DNA from: Octopus sinensis
Lineage: Eukaryota
Length of the DNA: 64,000 nucleotides
NCBI RefSeq assembly: GCF_006345805.1
Contig: NC_043005.1
Location: 22,258,001-22,322,000, forward strand
Direction: 5' to 3'
Every line of letters begins with the position of its first letter. The first letter of the stretch is position 1. This document shows, piece by piece, positions 25,578-40,794 of the stretch. The notes beneath the pieces are model-generated. The model did not search any database and was not told the origin of the DNA. It worked only from the letters and a program-made list of their open reading frames with translations. A program made the translations under genes and the position numbers.

Positions 25578-26941
25578 GCCTTGCGGCTCGGTACCTGGAG
25601 AAGCAAGCCCATGCCATCCACCAGCACCCCCGTCGTGGGACGCTGGACCGACGGTCCGGTCGAGTTGCTCGGGGTCTAGTTTGGTCCGGACTTCAAACGG
25701 AGGAGAACTGGAACAAGATAACGAGTCGGACGGAACAAGATAACGAGTCGGACGGAACAAGATAACGAGTCGGACGGAGGTGGCGAACACGTACATCGCG
25801 TCCGTCATCTACTACCGCCTGACCGTCGTGCCTCGTCCTGACCCTACCATTACCAAACTAGAACGCATTCCCTTTCGCTTCCATTTGCTGTCAACACCCG
25901 TTAAAAGGAGGACTGGGCATGCTGTGGATGATGATGCGCAGACTCGCGCTGAGACTGCAACATCTCAGGCTGTACGTAGACGGTAGTGAACAGGTGTGGT
26001 CGCCGTTTGTGAGGCACGCTTTCCCGCAGCTCGTCTCTATTACCGAACTGCAGTCGTGGATTAAAAACTCGCCGAGGAAGGGCGAATGGCATCGCGAGTG
26101 TCGCGTTGCTCTCAAGCAACTATGCCGTCCCGGGTCGACCTTGAGTGACTTCAACACAACCAAAGCATTCTATAGGGGATTAGTGGAGGGGAGGTACGAC
26201 GACGAGCTCGGGGCGAACCTGGACGTCGACTCGGAATACCTAACCCGCCTGTTCAGGACGATTTTCAGGCCAGGGCACATGGACAACTTCCAGCGATCCC
26301 TGGCCTAGCAGTGCTACCGAGAAGCGCTACCTGTTCGGGATAAGCTCTACAGACACGGCTCGAGAAACACGGGGTCGACCTGCTCGAGATGCGGTCAGAG
26401 CGACGAAACCATTCTGCACGCACTCGTGCAGTGTCCAACAATTTCGGACCTGTGGGCTTATGTCGAACGACTGCTGTCACGTGTGGGACGAGTCGGTTTA
26501 TCAACCGAGTCTATCGTGAATATTGTCACACCTCCTTCCTTCAAACGGGAAGGAAGAGCTATTTTCATCATTCTTGTGAATGACGAAGCCACCTTGAGCA
26601 TCATCCTATGAACCCGGAAAAATTTAAAACATAGGGTTACCTACTTGCAGACACATGTGGTAACATGTAATATTATTGACCGAGGTTACGGTGGTCTTTT
26701 CCGTAGGCTCTTCTTTCTACGAATAAACCTTATCTGCTTCTCCCTTTACACTTTACATCATGGCATTTCTGTGATACACGATCCCTATTGATCGTTTTTT
26801 TTTTTTTTTCTTTTTTTTCTTTCCCTTTTACGACCCCTTTTGATCTAAACCTGCCACACTTTTTTTTCTACCCAAAAAGAAAAGGTCTACTTTGTAATCC
26901 GTCCCGTCAGTGTGCAGCCCTGTGTGGCTAATACTGAAACA
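25578..26941 (+). mobile_element. L1/Tx1-clade retrotransposon, second long copy with internal deletions
   Basis: Homologous to 21630-23201. Carries a 3x22-bp repeat (25710-25775), deletions near 25880 and 26577, and TAG at 26306. Flanked on both sides by (TATC)n/(TCTG)n. Confidence 0.9.
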
Positions 26942-27036
<95 letters not shown>

Positions 27037-27084
27037 TTATCTATCTGTCTGTCTGTTTGTGTATGTGTGTGTGTGTCTGCATGT

Positions 27085-27118
<34 letters not shown>

Positions 27119-28604
27119 CTGTGTGTGTGTGTGTGTGTGTGCGTGTGTACGTCTGTGTGTCTGCTTACGTATCGAACTACATAACTGCTTGCCTGCCTAC
27201 ATGTTTACGGCTACTGTACGTTGGTAAAGTTTTTACAAATATGGCAGGGAAAAAAAAAAAGAAGAGCAAATAAATAAATTAATCAAAATACACCCGTGAT
27301 CATCCTTTCTCTTGACGTCTTTCTCTTGCGTGCCTACATATCTATGGCTATAGTAAGTTGGTAAAGTTTGTACAATACGACTGTTAAAAAATGAATAAGT
27401 AAATACTTAAATAAGTTAATTAATTAACTAAAATGTACCCGTACTCACTCTTTCTCTTGACGTTTAATGTTGACCATATGTTATAAATAAATGAATATAA
27501 GTTACGAGTGAGCAGAGGACAATTTATTGCATGAATGCACATGCATTAAGTGAAGGGCAACATTTAAAAAAAAGTACCCTTTCGCTGACCAATCACTACC
27601 TATGCATCCTTAAGCCAATACAACCACCGTCCGTCCGTCTGCTCATCCTCCCTTTCCTCCATCAATCAGCCACTGCCTTCTTGACTAAAGGTTTTTAAAA
27701 AATCCACAAGAAATGCAGTGTGGTGTATAGTGAACTAACAAAGTGAGGACATCATATGAAGGTGATAGTTACACAGAAACAGTTGTAAGTCGAAGCATCA
27801 ATGAAATGAAGTACATGTACTGCTTTAAGTATTCACCGAACATAATGGTTTTACGTAGCTATAGAGAATACATAAAATTTGGTGTAATGAAGGAGAGTCG
27901 TGTCTGGTAGCAATTGACGCTTGTATGTGGGCGACTGTTATATTAGGAAGAGCATCCACATAATCCTCTAATTACAGATGAAATCTTAAAGAAACACATC
28001 TCATATAATCCAAGACACGCCATTTGATAAACACGATCATAAGGCTGATTTTTCAGGGTTGACAGTGGTTAGAAAATGGCAACTGTTTCTTTCTCAACAG
28101 AAAAGACAGGTCTATCATGAAACATTTTCAAAAATATGGTAGGAAACAGGAGTGATGAATGACAAGTGGTAAGAGAGGAATGCGTTGGATAGGATCATAT
28201 TACATAACTCAACTGAGTGAGTGACAGAACATGAAAGATATTAATTGAAGTGGTTAGTAGAAACAATACTGTTGGTACAGACATATATGTGATATAATCA
28301 AAGATGGTGTTGATTAAAATGTGTTGCAAGCTGAAGGTGGGAAGTATGTAAGGCAGAGGAATATGAAGAAAAGCGTTGCAGTTGTTTCGCATGAAGTCGG
28401 CCCAGATCGAAGAATGAGTTTTCATATTGAAAGCATTCTATCCACGGCAATCGCTATTGTTGTCAGGTATAGAATACTTTGGTGAAAATCTCCGAGCAAA
28501 TTAATAACGTCTTTATTTAGAGTATAATTTATGGGAGATTTAACTGCTATTTCTAGCATGTCGTGCGACAACATTTTTTCAAAGAAGATCTAAGGATGTT
28601 GACT

Positions 28605-29002
28605 GTAGTTTTGTCCGTCAATGCGATGAAGACCATCTAGTCATCCTTGGGTGGGGGTGGGATTGTTTAGTGAGGCCAATCTGCGCCCGAAAGAGTCTTT
28701 GACAGTGTGGACAGGGAATGGTAGCGCCTGCTACCGAGTTGTTAGCTCTGTTCTTCCTGGCTTGTCTGCGGTATTCTGCAGCAGCGATCCTATTGGTCTC
28801 GCATGTGTTGACACCCTTGTGGACAGCTGATCGCCACCCTTCTCTGTCTAGAGCAGACTGCTCCCAAGTGTCATGGTCGATGTTGAAGGCTTTCAGTGAG
28901 GCTTTCAGTGTATTCTTAAAGCACTTCTTCTGGCTGCCTTGTGAGCGCTTTCCCTTTTGCAGCTCGCTAAAGAGCAATCATTTTGGTAATCGATCGTCTG
29001 AC
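28605..29002 (-). mobile_element. RTE (BovB-like) LINE 3' end with putative 9-bp TSD
   Basis: Reads DRLPK..LFSELQKGKRSQGSQKK.FK.TLKASLKAFNID..TWE...CPHCQRLFRAQIGL. ATGTTGACT occurs at 28596-28604 and 29003-29011. Confidence 0.8.
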
Positions 29003-29879
29003 ATGTTGACTACTATGAAGATGGCGATGTAAGCTTTCAGGATGCTGGTCATCACAATAGAAATGACAAAGGAGAAGAAAAGAATAGTAATATGATAAAC
29101 AATCCAATCTAAAATGAGATGGTTCTGATGTAAGGGAAATTATTTCAGAGGCACGGGAGGTAAATCTGTTTAATCGTAATATTTTTCGAAGCATATTTCA
29201 AGCTTAGTGCATTGAGACTAGACATTGAAAATCTTCTTGAAGAGATTTACAAAATTAATGTATCAGACGGAATTTAGCTGTAAATGAAATCCAGTCATAT
29301 AACTTATGAAACGACATAAAACAGTTTTGTTCCCTAATAGCTATTTCATATATAAAACCATGCAAGCTATTTTAGCTGTTATATTTAGATATGGACCAAA
29401 GTCGAATATTCCAGACAAAGTCTCTCCACAATTGTGTGTTTGTTTTTCAGCTGCTAATTTGAAGAGAGGGTGCAAGTTTTTCTGTAATTCTCTGTATATT
29501 AAAGCTTGTGTTCCTGTCCATTGTCAAAAGAGATGAACATCTTCACAGCCATAATATCCTCCTACCAATACACCAGTTTAGCTATTACTGCGTTGCAAAT
29601 TTTAAATATCTCTCTAGTGTATTTGTCTGACAAAGCAATTCATATGAAATCATATTGAATTAAAACTAAAAGAAGAATTTTAAAAAATTAAGAAGTAAAT
29701 GTATCATGGTGGAAGTCTGTTTGCTATTTTGTAAACTGTTAAATAGTTAACACAAATGTATCATATATTTTCTATAAATTATGCAACTGCAGATTGCGAA
29801 GGAATAAAAAAAACAATCATGCAATGCTTATCTTGCTTTATTATGTAAACATACATACATATATACATATATATATACG

Positions 29880-29960
<81 letters not shown>

Positions 29961-30463
29961 GTGAATGAATTATCCTATGTTTATCGTCAGCATGGAAAAT
30001 TTGTTTAACCGAAACCTGGGTAGCAAATTCACGTCAGAAACACGGTTGAAGCGACCTGTCCAAGGGTAGAAACTCCGGGTTCATGTGCAGAAATTTGTGT
30101 GTTGTATATGAATAAATGAAAGAATGGAGTCGAACGAAGATCTTAGCAAAATTCAACGTACCCTTCCCTCTCCACTTGTTCCCTACCTATTATTCCTTTA
30201 ACCCTTCTCTTCCTACTATCTATCTTTGACGTCAATTCTTCTAACGTTTTTTTTTTAAAAAAACACTCATTATCCTTTTGTTTACCATGTAGGCAGTCAT
30301 CGAAATTTTTGTTTGTCTTGTTGTCGAGAAGAGGCCCCCTTTCTTTCCCCGATGAGAAGATTGCATAATGCACCCTTTATTCCTTCGGAATGAAAACATG
30401 TTGGCTTCGAAACATATGTCGAGAGTAAAGGAATTTTGTTAACATCTTCGTTCGACTCCATTC

Positions 30464-30507
<44 letters not shown>

Positions 30508-30512
<5 letters not shown>

Positions 30513-31009
30513 TAATATAGGATAAAATTTTTCGAAAAAAATTTTTATCAATGGCCAGCATATTAAAAAATATCTTTAAAGGTTAAATTTATAAACAAGG
30601 GCAAAAGAAAAAAATTTCTAATCCCAAATATGCCGAAACTAGACACATCGTCCATAACCATATAATTCATCACTATAAGCACGCGTCTCGAAGAAAGCCG
30701 ACAGAAATTTCTAAAAAATTCCGTTATTACCACATCGGACCCAATATGGTAATAACGGAATTATACCCATGGGTATAAGTAAGTATTTCATTTATTCCTT
30801 TGCCGCATTTATCACTGACGAAGAGAAGGTTCTTATGAACTAACTCTGAAATCGAGTCCGATATGGTAATAACGGAATTTTTCAGAAATTCCTGTCGGCT
30901 TTCTTCGAGACGCACTCTGATAGTGATGAATTATATGGTTATGGACGATGTGTCTAATTTCGGCATATTTGGCATTAGAAATTTCTTTCTTTTGCCCTTG
31001 TTTATAAGT

Positions 31010-31012
<3 letters not shown>
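30508..31012. mobile_element. (TA)n-flanked foldback element, just 3' of cathepsin gene A
   Basis: ~30588-30740 is an inverted match to ~30856-31010. The left end tctaatatagga is shared with the 38395 and 38811 elements. Confidence 0.7.
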
Positions 31013-31068
<56 letters not shown>

Positions 31069-31209
31069 GTACTTTTGCTCTTAGGCAAGGCACATAACTC
31101 TACATGTATCAATTTATCTGACTAACAAAACAACAACGATCGAAAATTGATGTAAAATGGTTTAATCATTCAAAATCCATTGAAAATTAGAAACAAAGAA
31201 TGTGATGAT

Positions 31210-31344
<135 letters not shown>

Positions 31345-32635
31345 TCATACATTTTTGACTTAGATTAACATTTTCTTATCAACGTAATAAATTAATAGTG
31401 TCCTAGTTGTGACATAGAATTCTGACAAGCCATAGTAGCAAATCATGATAACGGCTTAGAATTCTAACTGGTCATACTAACGTGTCATTATAAGGTATAG
31501 TGGTTATAGTGTTCTGACGGGTCATAGTAACATGTCAGTGTTGTTGTTGTTCTTTGTTCCTTCTCGAGCCATGCCCGGCTCATAGGATATCAGAAGTAAT
31601 ACTGCACTGGGATATATATCTAACATAAAGACCAGATCTACTTCTACCTGCATTGTTTTTATTGTCTCAATATTTCAGTCAACTGATCTACCAGTACGGC
31701 ATATACATTTTCCCATTATTAATTTGTCCATTATTCAAACTTCAGCCGATAAAAGATTAATTGCTATGGTGAAAGCAAAGGCCAGCCATTTTGAATAGTA
31801 AATATATATAAAATATTGTCGATAAATATAGCACTCAGCCTGTTAGCATTCATCAACCAAAACATTAAACAATAATGGGTAAATATATATGCTACACTCG
31901 GTAATTGGAGTTAACGCTCTTGCTTGTTTTTAGATTTTAGACACAACTAGAGCGAAATTTTATCTACTAATAGCTTTGACAATCCCAGTTGATCAAAGTA
32001 TTTTTTCAACTCACTATATTACATACGTCAGATCCTAACGTATGTAACTTAGAGTATGTTATTTTACTCTTTGATCATCAAATTCTAAACACCACCGAGG
32101 TTAACTTCTTTCCTCTGATTATGGTATAAGTCTCAGTATTTTTGTAGCTAGAGAAATTATATTGGGACAATCATGCTTTTATTAAGGGTTTTATAACAGT
32201 GCAATAAATGAGCTAAAAGCGGCTCTTTCTGGAATCGAAACTGCTTCATACACTCATCTATACAGTGTTTACTTCCTTCAAGACTACATTCATCATAAGA
32301 TCAAAATTACATAAAATTTCTGTGCTTATGTCGTAAAACAAACAATGTATTAGTTTTCATTTTCTATAACAATTCCATTTATATTTAGGTCTATAAATGA
32401 CACCAATACTTAACTAGCACCATATTCCATCGACCACGGAAGATGAAAGCAAGGTTAATCCCAGCATGATAAGAACTCAGTTCATAGGGGGCCTTAATTA
32501 AATATCGCAAAACATTTTATCTGTCTCTAACAATTTTACTAGTCTACCGCATATGCGTCTGTGTGAATACATATGGATACAGACACTCAAATGGAGATGG
32601 GGAGAGGTAAAATAGAGAAGCAGGTTGTGATTTAC

Positions 32636-32901
32636 CTGTTTTTCACCAACCAGTAGTCCTGTCCATTTTCTGTTCCGTATCCAACCACCAAGATCCCATG
32701 GTTCAATTTGTGGTTACAATCATCACTTACGTAAACGCCATGACTGTAGAATTGGAATGTAGTGGGACTTGCATCGATGGCAGCAGAGACCGGACCCACG
32801 TTGGCCACTGCTATTTGTAGTGCATGTTCTGACTTTAACACATCAACATAATTAGTATCAAAAGCGACTACTTTGCTCCTGTTATAACAACACATCTGTT
32901 G
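32636..32901 (-). CDS. CTSL: Cathepsin L-like gene A, exon 6 (catalytic His and Asn)
   Basis: tatag|QQMCCYNRSKVV...GPVSAAIDAS...LNHGILVVGYGTENGQDYWLVKN AG|gtaaat; 266 nt, phases fit both neighbouring exons. Confidence 0.95.
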
Positions 32902-33034
32902 CTATATATATTAAAAAAAATAGCGATATAGAAGTTAGATTAAACTGGTAAAACCAGTAAGCAAAAATTGTTTTTTAAATGTCAAAAAATTCTCGATGTC
33001 AGCAACAATTATAGAGCAAACACACACATAAATA

Positions 33035-33072
<38 letters not shown>

Positions 33073-33564
33073 TTCTAAAGTGTCTATGCTGTCATCAATG
33101 GATAAATAGTAACATGTATAAGAAACAAATGGATTCAATAATGATAGTAAAGTAAATATTCGTCATTGAGTGCTGGAAGGATACTGTGTGGCGAAAGCAT
33201 GTATCGCTGTAGAATCGCAAAGTACTCTCTTAATCGAGTTTATATGGCGTCATCGCATTTCATAGTGCTTGATATGAACAATCTAACATATAATAAAGTG
33301 CAATGTTTCACGTCAGTCACTCTGGTAGAGAGAAACTAAAACAACAAACGGAGTAGGAGCGAATGATAGTCGGAGATGCTAAATGCAGGCGAACTGTAGA
33401 GAGACGTTTTGCTCTGAAGTCGCTGATATTTTAATCAAAATAAAATTGCAAATTTTTATCGTGAATTATATTTATTTTATCAATTTCAGATACACACACA
33501 AATATGAAATTAGTTATTAAACGCTTTTGTTTTCAAAATATTATCATTAACGCAACATTTATAA

Positions 33565-33637
<73 letters not shown>

Positions 33638-33641
<4 letters not shown>

Positions 33642-34646
33642 TTAGAGATAAAACCACTATTAGGCAAATCAAACAGTGAAAAACATAAACCAAAACATAG
33701 ATATAAAATTAATTAATATAATATACAAAATATATAAAATATAAAATTCAAAATTTAAATTATTTAAATTTAAAGTTAAAATTTAATAAATTTTTAAAAT
33801 TATTAAACTATACTTATAAATTATATATATATATATATATATTTTTTTTATTCTTTATTGTTTTAATTATATATTTATTTAATTTTTTAAAAAATATATA
33901 TAACTATCAAAAATTATAAAAATGTTTAATATAAGATAAAAAGTAAAACCACTACGATCGTTTCATGCCCATAACCTAATTCGAATAGCAATAATTTAAC
34001 TTCAATTAATAATTCGAATTACGGTTATAGTCAATCTTCATGTTAATGATAATATTTAAATAAACAATCAAATATATTTAAAGAATATTTTTTTAAGAAA
34101 TAAATAAAATAATAATTTTTCTTATAAAATACTCTATTAGCAAACTAGAAACTTTAACGATTATGATTATGTCATACAATCGATTATAATGTTAAATATT
34201 AATTTTTAAGTATTAATTTTTAAGGTAAGAATAGATAGAAAATGTAGTTATCTATTTTAAGGTAAGAATCGATAGAAAATGTATTTATCTATTCAGATAT
34301 AATATGGCTTTAAAAAAACATAATAAACCTACAAATAATCTAACCTCAATTATATACAATATCTAATTACCTAAACATTTAACAAAAAAAATTACTATTC
34401 ATATTTTTAAATTTAATTTCAAGTCAAATAATTATATAATATTTGAATAATATTTGAAGTTTTTAAATTTAAATATTTTAATAAGTATTATTGTATAATT
34501 TTGTATTTTATATAAATACTTGTTGTTATGTAATGATTTAGTTTGATTTGCCTAATAGTGGTTTTATATATTAATATATATATTTATACTGTAAAATTAG
34601 ATTTAATCCTAAATCTAATTTTTCCCTGTAAGTTTGGATTTCCTCA

Positions 34647-34650
<4 letters not shown>
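33638..34650. mobile_element. AT-rich (TA)n-embedded foldback element, copy 1 (intron 5 of gene A)
   Basis: Perfect 25-bp IR aaaaccactattaggcaaatcaaac / gtttgatttgcctaatagtggtttt. The unique right end has hairpin aaattagattta-atcc-taaatctaattt. Homologous to 37030-37897. Confidence 0.65.
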
Positions 34651-34955
<305 letters not shown>

Positions 34956-35688
34956 TATACACACAAACAAGGTGCATATGATATTTCAGGGCAGATTTAT
35001 GTATAAAAAAACAGATATATAACAGATAATACCCTAACTTTAACCCTAATCCTAAACCTCATTCTGTCTCTCTTTCTCTCTTACTCCCTTTCTCCCCCCT
35101 CCCCCGAAAATACTCCTCTTCTAAACAAAACAACATCCACTTTTCGATTTATATAAAAGACGGAAGAAATTTTCCCTGCATTAACTTAAAGAGTTCGATT
35201 GAAGGAACGAAAGCGCTAATATAGAATTATCCAATATTCTGTTTGTCTCCCACCACTGCTTGACAACTGGTGTTAATTTGCTGACGTCCCCGTAACTTAG
35301 CGATAGAATAAGTAGTAGGTTTAAAGAATTAGTACTGGGATTGACTCATTTCACTAAAACCCATCAAGCCAGTGCCCTACCATTGACGCAGTCGCGAAGA
35401 ATATGTTAGAAAGTGCAACTCATGTGGCTAAACTACAGCATATTTTCCAAAATATTGAATAGTATACCTATAAATAGTATATTATAGCAACAAATAGTAT
35501 AATAGGTGTTGGACCTAAGCACAGTATATTATAAACAAATATTTAGAAATTGAGTGTGTATATATTACATACATGCCATATATACCTGTGTGTGTAACTA
35601 CTTAACTGCATGGATATACTTGTGCCTGCTATATTTAATATTTCCGGATAGATAGAGGAATAACGGACATGGGTATATATCAACTCAC

Positions 35689-35786
35689 CATTGCGCGATA
35701 TGGGTAGGATATTTCTGATTCTATACCAAATATTCGGATATATCTGAATGCTTGGTCCATAAGTCCTCCGTGGCAGCCATTGTTTC
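35689..35786 (-). CDS. CTSL: Cathepsin L-like gene A, exon 5
   Basis: tttcag|(G)[32 protein letters not shown]|gtgagt; 98 nt. Confidence 0.95.
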
Positions 35787-36671
35787 CTGAAATGTTTGAC
35801 AGGCAATTTTCTATATATTAATTCTAAACTTTACAACGCGCTCGTACACACATACACACACACACACACACCCACACACACAGACACACACACACACACA
35901 CACATTGCGGGGTTATATAAAATAAGTGTGGGATTCGGAAGTCATTGTTCCAAACTAATCATGTAAGAACAGAAAAGGGAAAGAATGACACACTTTATAA
36001 TGCTTCTGCTTGTCGTTGCGTTACTTAGACTGTCAGTAACTCTTTCACGTGATTAGAGAAAAAGAAAGAGAAAAGGAGAGAGAAATAGAGGGGGAGACAT
36101 GCACCCGTGACGTGAGGCAGAGGAAATGTAATTGTAACGCTTTGAGGAGAAAGAAAATGGAGAGAGAAAATGAGGCGAAGAGTGAGACAGAAAGAGGGAG
36201 AGAGAAGCATTCATGACGTGAGGTATGGGGAACGAAATGTTTATTACGTGATTAAAGAAGTTAGTTGGAGGTAGAGGAGAGTTAAAAATGTAATTTTAGC
36301 AGAGGGGTGAAGGTGAAGTTAAAGAAAGGCAGAGATAGATAGAGAGAGAGAGAGAAGGAGAGAGAGAGAGAGGATGATGGTGGCGGAGATAGAGGTTTTC
36401 GTAGTAATTGGATAGTAAAAAGTGTATTGTTTTAATTGACCTAAGTTTTTTTATATCACCTATTACTTAATGCATGCGCATAAGTGCAATTCCGCGAAAT
36501 ATTCACACATATTTACATGGCAGACATATGCAATTTAAATAAAGGTTGTATCATATGTACGAGATATATATTTTCATATTTGTTTATGGAAAAAATGGAA
36601 AATTAAGAGTGGATATATATTTTATGAGTACTGAGTATTAGGTCTAGAAAATTGTGCATAAAGCATATAAA

Positions 36672-36708
<37 letters not shown>

Positions 36709-36949
36709 ACATTAAGTTATCACTTAATTTTCTTTCACTTTTCAATGAGTAGCAGATAAGCGACTATCTTTCCACACTGACATAATACAAGCTACGCTTT
36801 CAGATTTTTGGGATGAAGTTTTCAGAAATAACCTAATAGGTTTACCATTAATTCAGTGAGATATTCACGGGTCCCGCTAGTATTTGTATAAAGATGATAC
36901 TCAAATATAGCTGTGTATTCTATATAAGATGTTTGAAAGAAAAGTTTTC

Positions 36950-37014
<65 letters not shown>

Positions 37015-37029
37015 TATGGGAAAACTTTA

Positions 37030-37892
37030 TATATATCATATTAATTAGAGAAAAACCACTATTATGTAATTCAAACAATGATAGACATAAACCAATCATA
37101 AAGAAAATATAAAATATATTATAAAACATATAACTAGATCACAAAAAGTACAAAAATGAATAAACAATATATAAGTAAAAAGACTACGTTTATTTAATTT
37201 TATTATTCTGTATTTATTATATGTGAACTAAAATCTAAAAGTATTAAGTGTGATTGTTTTGTAAAATAGTTTGTAACATAAAATATTAGAATATAACTAG
37301 TGAAAAGATATTCTATAGTTTGTTAATGCTATTCTCAAAACTAAAATATATCTTCACAGATAAATACATTTTTCTATCTATTTACACTATTTTTTTTACC
37401 ATAGGTTTTTAACATGATAAATGTATTATAGACACCTGGTCCTACTTTTAAGTTTCAGATTTAGTTAACGGAGTTTCTTCTATAAGAACAATCATGATTT
37501 TATTTCTTTAAGAAATATTGTTTAATTCTATTTAATTATTTATTTAACTATTAATGTTATTATTGTTGACCTGAGGAGTGACTATACTTTTAAATTGAAT
37601 TGTTTTTTCGATTAAAATTAAATTTAATTGTAATTCAAATTGAAGTTATAGCCACGAAACGTACGTAGTCTATTTTATTATATATTGTTTATTCATTTTT
37701 TGTACTTTTTGTGATCTAGTTATATGTTTTATAATATGTTTTATTTTTCTTTATGTTTTGGTTTAAGTCTATCATTGTTTGAATTACATAATAGTGATTT
37801 TTCTCTAATTTATATATATTATATATTTATATAGTGAAATTTGAATTTGTAGTAAATTGAATTTTTCCCAGTAAGTTTGGAGCTATACTCCC

Positions 37893-37897
<5 letters not shown>
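37030..37897. mobile_element. AT-rich (TA)n-embedded foldback element, copy 2 (intron 4 of gene A)
   Basis: ~160-bp near-perfect inverted arms at 37040-37195 and 37665-37820. The unique right end ttttcccagtaagtttgga is shared with copy 1. Confidence 0.7.
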
Positions 37898-37971
<74 letters not shown>

Positions 37972-37974
37972 GCT

Positions 37975-38262
37975 AAAGAACCCCTTAAGGCACAAGTCTG
38001 GGCAAGGTCGTTTATGGAAGACTGGCAGTTGTCCATGCATACGAGCCTCCCCACACCACGCAACCTATGTTATCCAAGAGAAAGGCAAAGCTGACACAGC
38101 TTGGCACTAGTGACGCTGCAACTCATTTCTACAGCTGTGGGAAGAGGAACAACGTGAATTAAAGTGTCTTGCTCAAGAACACAATACATTGCCCGGTCCT
38201 GGAATCGAACTCATTACCTCATGATTGTGAGCCCGATGCTCTAACCACCGAGCCATGCGCCT
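37975..38262 (-). mobile_element. tRNA-head SINE family C
   Basis: Reverse complement reads aaggcgcatggctcggtggttagagc...gagttcgattcc (A and B boxes)...ttgagcaagacac, matching 56734-57030. Confidence 0.85.
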
Positions 38263-38276
38263 TTATATATACATAT

Positions 38277-38930
<654 letters not shown>

Positions 38931-39099
38931 CCGAAAACATACAACAGAATAGACTCCGCTTAAGGCATCTAATGTGCCTGCCAAGTAGTGGTGTTAAACG
39001 GGCTGACGGATTAAGTCTACCACTCAAGTAGACCAAGATGGAGTTTGAATTTAGAACATCAAGAGTTGGGAAAAATACCACAACGCTCTGATTCATATT

Positions 39100-39400
39100 T
39101 GCTGGTCTAATACTTTTAACTAGTACTTTATTTTTATTGGTCCCGGAAAGACGAAATTTAAAGTTGACCCCGGCGGGATTTGAACTCAGAATGCACTGCA
39201 AGGCATTTCGTTTGCAAAGTTCTAACAATCTTGGCAATTCATTGCTTTGGACATTAGTAAGTAGTTTTAGCAGTTTTATTGTGGTGGTGTGCCAGATTAA
39301 ATATTTTGCAGCATTAAGTTTCATTTCTTTATGCTCAATATTGGTCAAGGTCAGGTTTGCCTTTCGTCTGTGCAGATTTTATAAAACACCACAGCATCCG
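39100..39400 (-). mobile_element. SINE family A, two nested or decayed copies
   Basis: gaaaggcaaagttgac...gcgggatttgaactcagaa pattern on the minus strand. Confidence 0.6.
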
Positions 39401-39583
39401 AGACACCGAAGCTAGGTTCTTTGGTGACGTAATATTTTTTACCTTATTCTTCTGATTTAATAACAGGTCTTCCTTTAAGTCATAATGAAAAATATAATTA
39501 AATTTTAACTTTAGAATACGAAACATATATTGCAAGTGAGAGGTGTTAAATGTCACAGTAGAACAATTTCATAAACAATTTCA

Positions 39584-39751
<168 letters not shown>

Positions 39752-39799
39752 TCAATGCAGAAATATCACGATGCAAATAAGTATGTGAATATATGAGTT

Positions 39800-40790
39800 T
39801 TCTTTGAATATTATTTAAGTTCTTATTAATAATGTTTAAACCGCTCGCTAACAAAGTGACAAAGCTTTTGAGTTAAGAGAGTTCCCGTTGTTTGTAGATA
39901 TATGGTTGAGTGGAATGTTGGTTGAACTGTCGATGCACACGACCAAGTACGTGCATCTATTCATCTAAAGAGTCTCAGATTGAGAATCTTCAGAATGTCT
40001 TGTAAATTTTTACTATGCCGTTAATAGGTTGGATCTGGAGAAAGCGCGTCAATTTCTTGTACTATTTCTTCGAAAAGCCTGGTTTTCTAGTTTTTTTGTG
40101 TGTAAATCTGTAGATATACAGCCCAATGCACTTATGATGATTGGTACAAATGAGAATTTATATCCAGAGTAAAAGAACTGTAGGTCTCTCATTAATTCAC
40201 CATAAATATTCTCATTTTCCTGAACTATTGATTGTACATTCACATCTGCTGGGCAGCTGGCCTCTGCAACAGTGTATGACTTTTGTTCTCTGTCCCACAG
40301 AACATTATCAGGTCCATTATGATAGTACCGAATTGCTGTTTTTTTGGAGTGTTCCACCAGCATTCCTTGTTTTTAAAGGTGTGAATACCTGTTAGTTGTG
40401 ACAGTCCCTCTTGCAGATAGCATTGTAAAAAGTTTTTGTATTGTTGTCATGCCTCATGGGTACGCGGTATCTTATTTTGAAGCTGCTGCTGTTGGTATGG
40501 GTAATATCTTTCACACTGATATAGCATATCCGACATTGTCTATCACAACATGGGGGACTGGTGGTATCTTTGTCTCTCTTGTTTACCAGGTATTTACTAA
40601 CTATCTTCTGTTCCTGGACAGTGAAGGTATATCTTAAGTGGGATGTAATGTATTTTTCACAGGTCCAGGAGAAGCTACTCTTCCTGTTGATTCTGATGTT
40701 ATCCTGTAGCTTATGAGATATTATCCATGTATTGCTTTTTGATGATATGATGCGTGCTTCTCGAAGCTCCTGTTTAGGGAGGCCAGTTCA
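39800..40790 (-). mobile_element. R4/Dong-like (restriction-like endonuclease) non-LTR retrotransposon 3' remnant
   Basis: PMRHD after a decayed knuckle, then HNGPDNVLWDREQK..EASCPAD...ENIYGELMRDLQ..PIIISALG, a PD..D/E RLE pattern. Clade assignment is by motif recall. Confidence 0.65.
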
Positions 40791-40794
40791 ACAT

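Noticed and set aside
25710-25775. CRISPR-like direct repeats (also 51367-51640)
   Set aside because: No spacers, eukaryotic context, simple tandem duplications.
34215-34290. 37-bp tandem duplication
   Set aside because: An ordinary local slippage inside the AT-rich foldback element.
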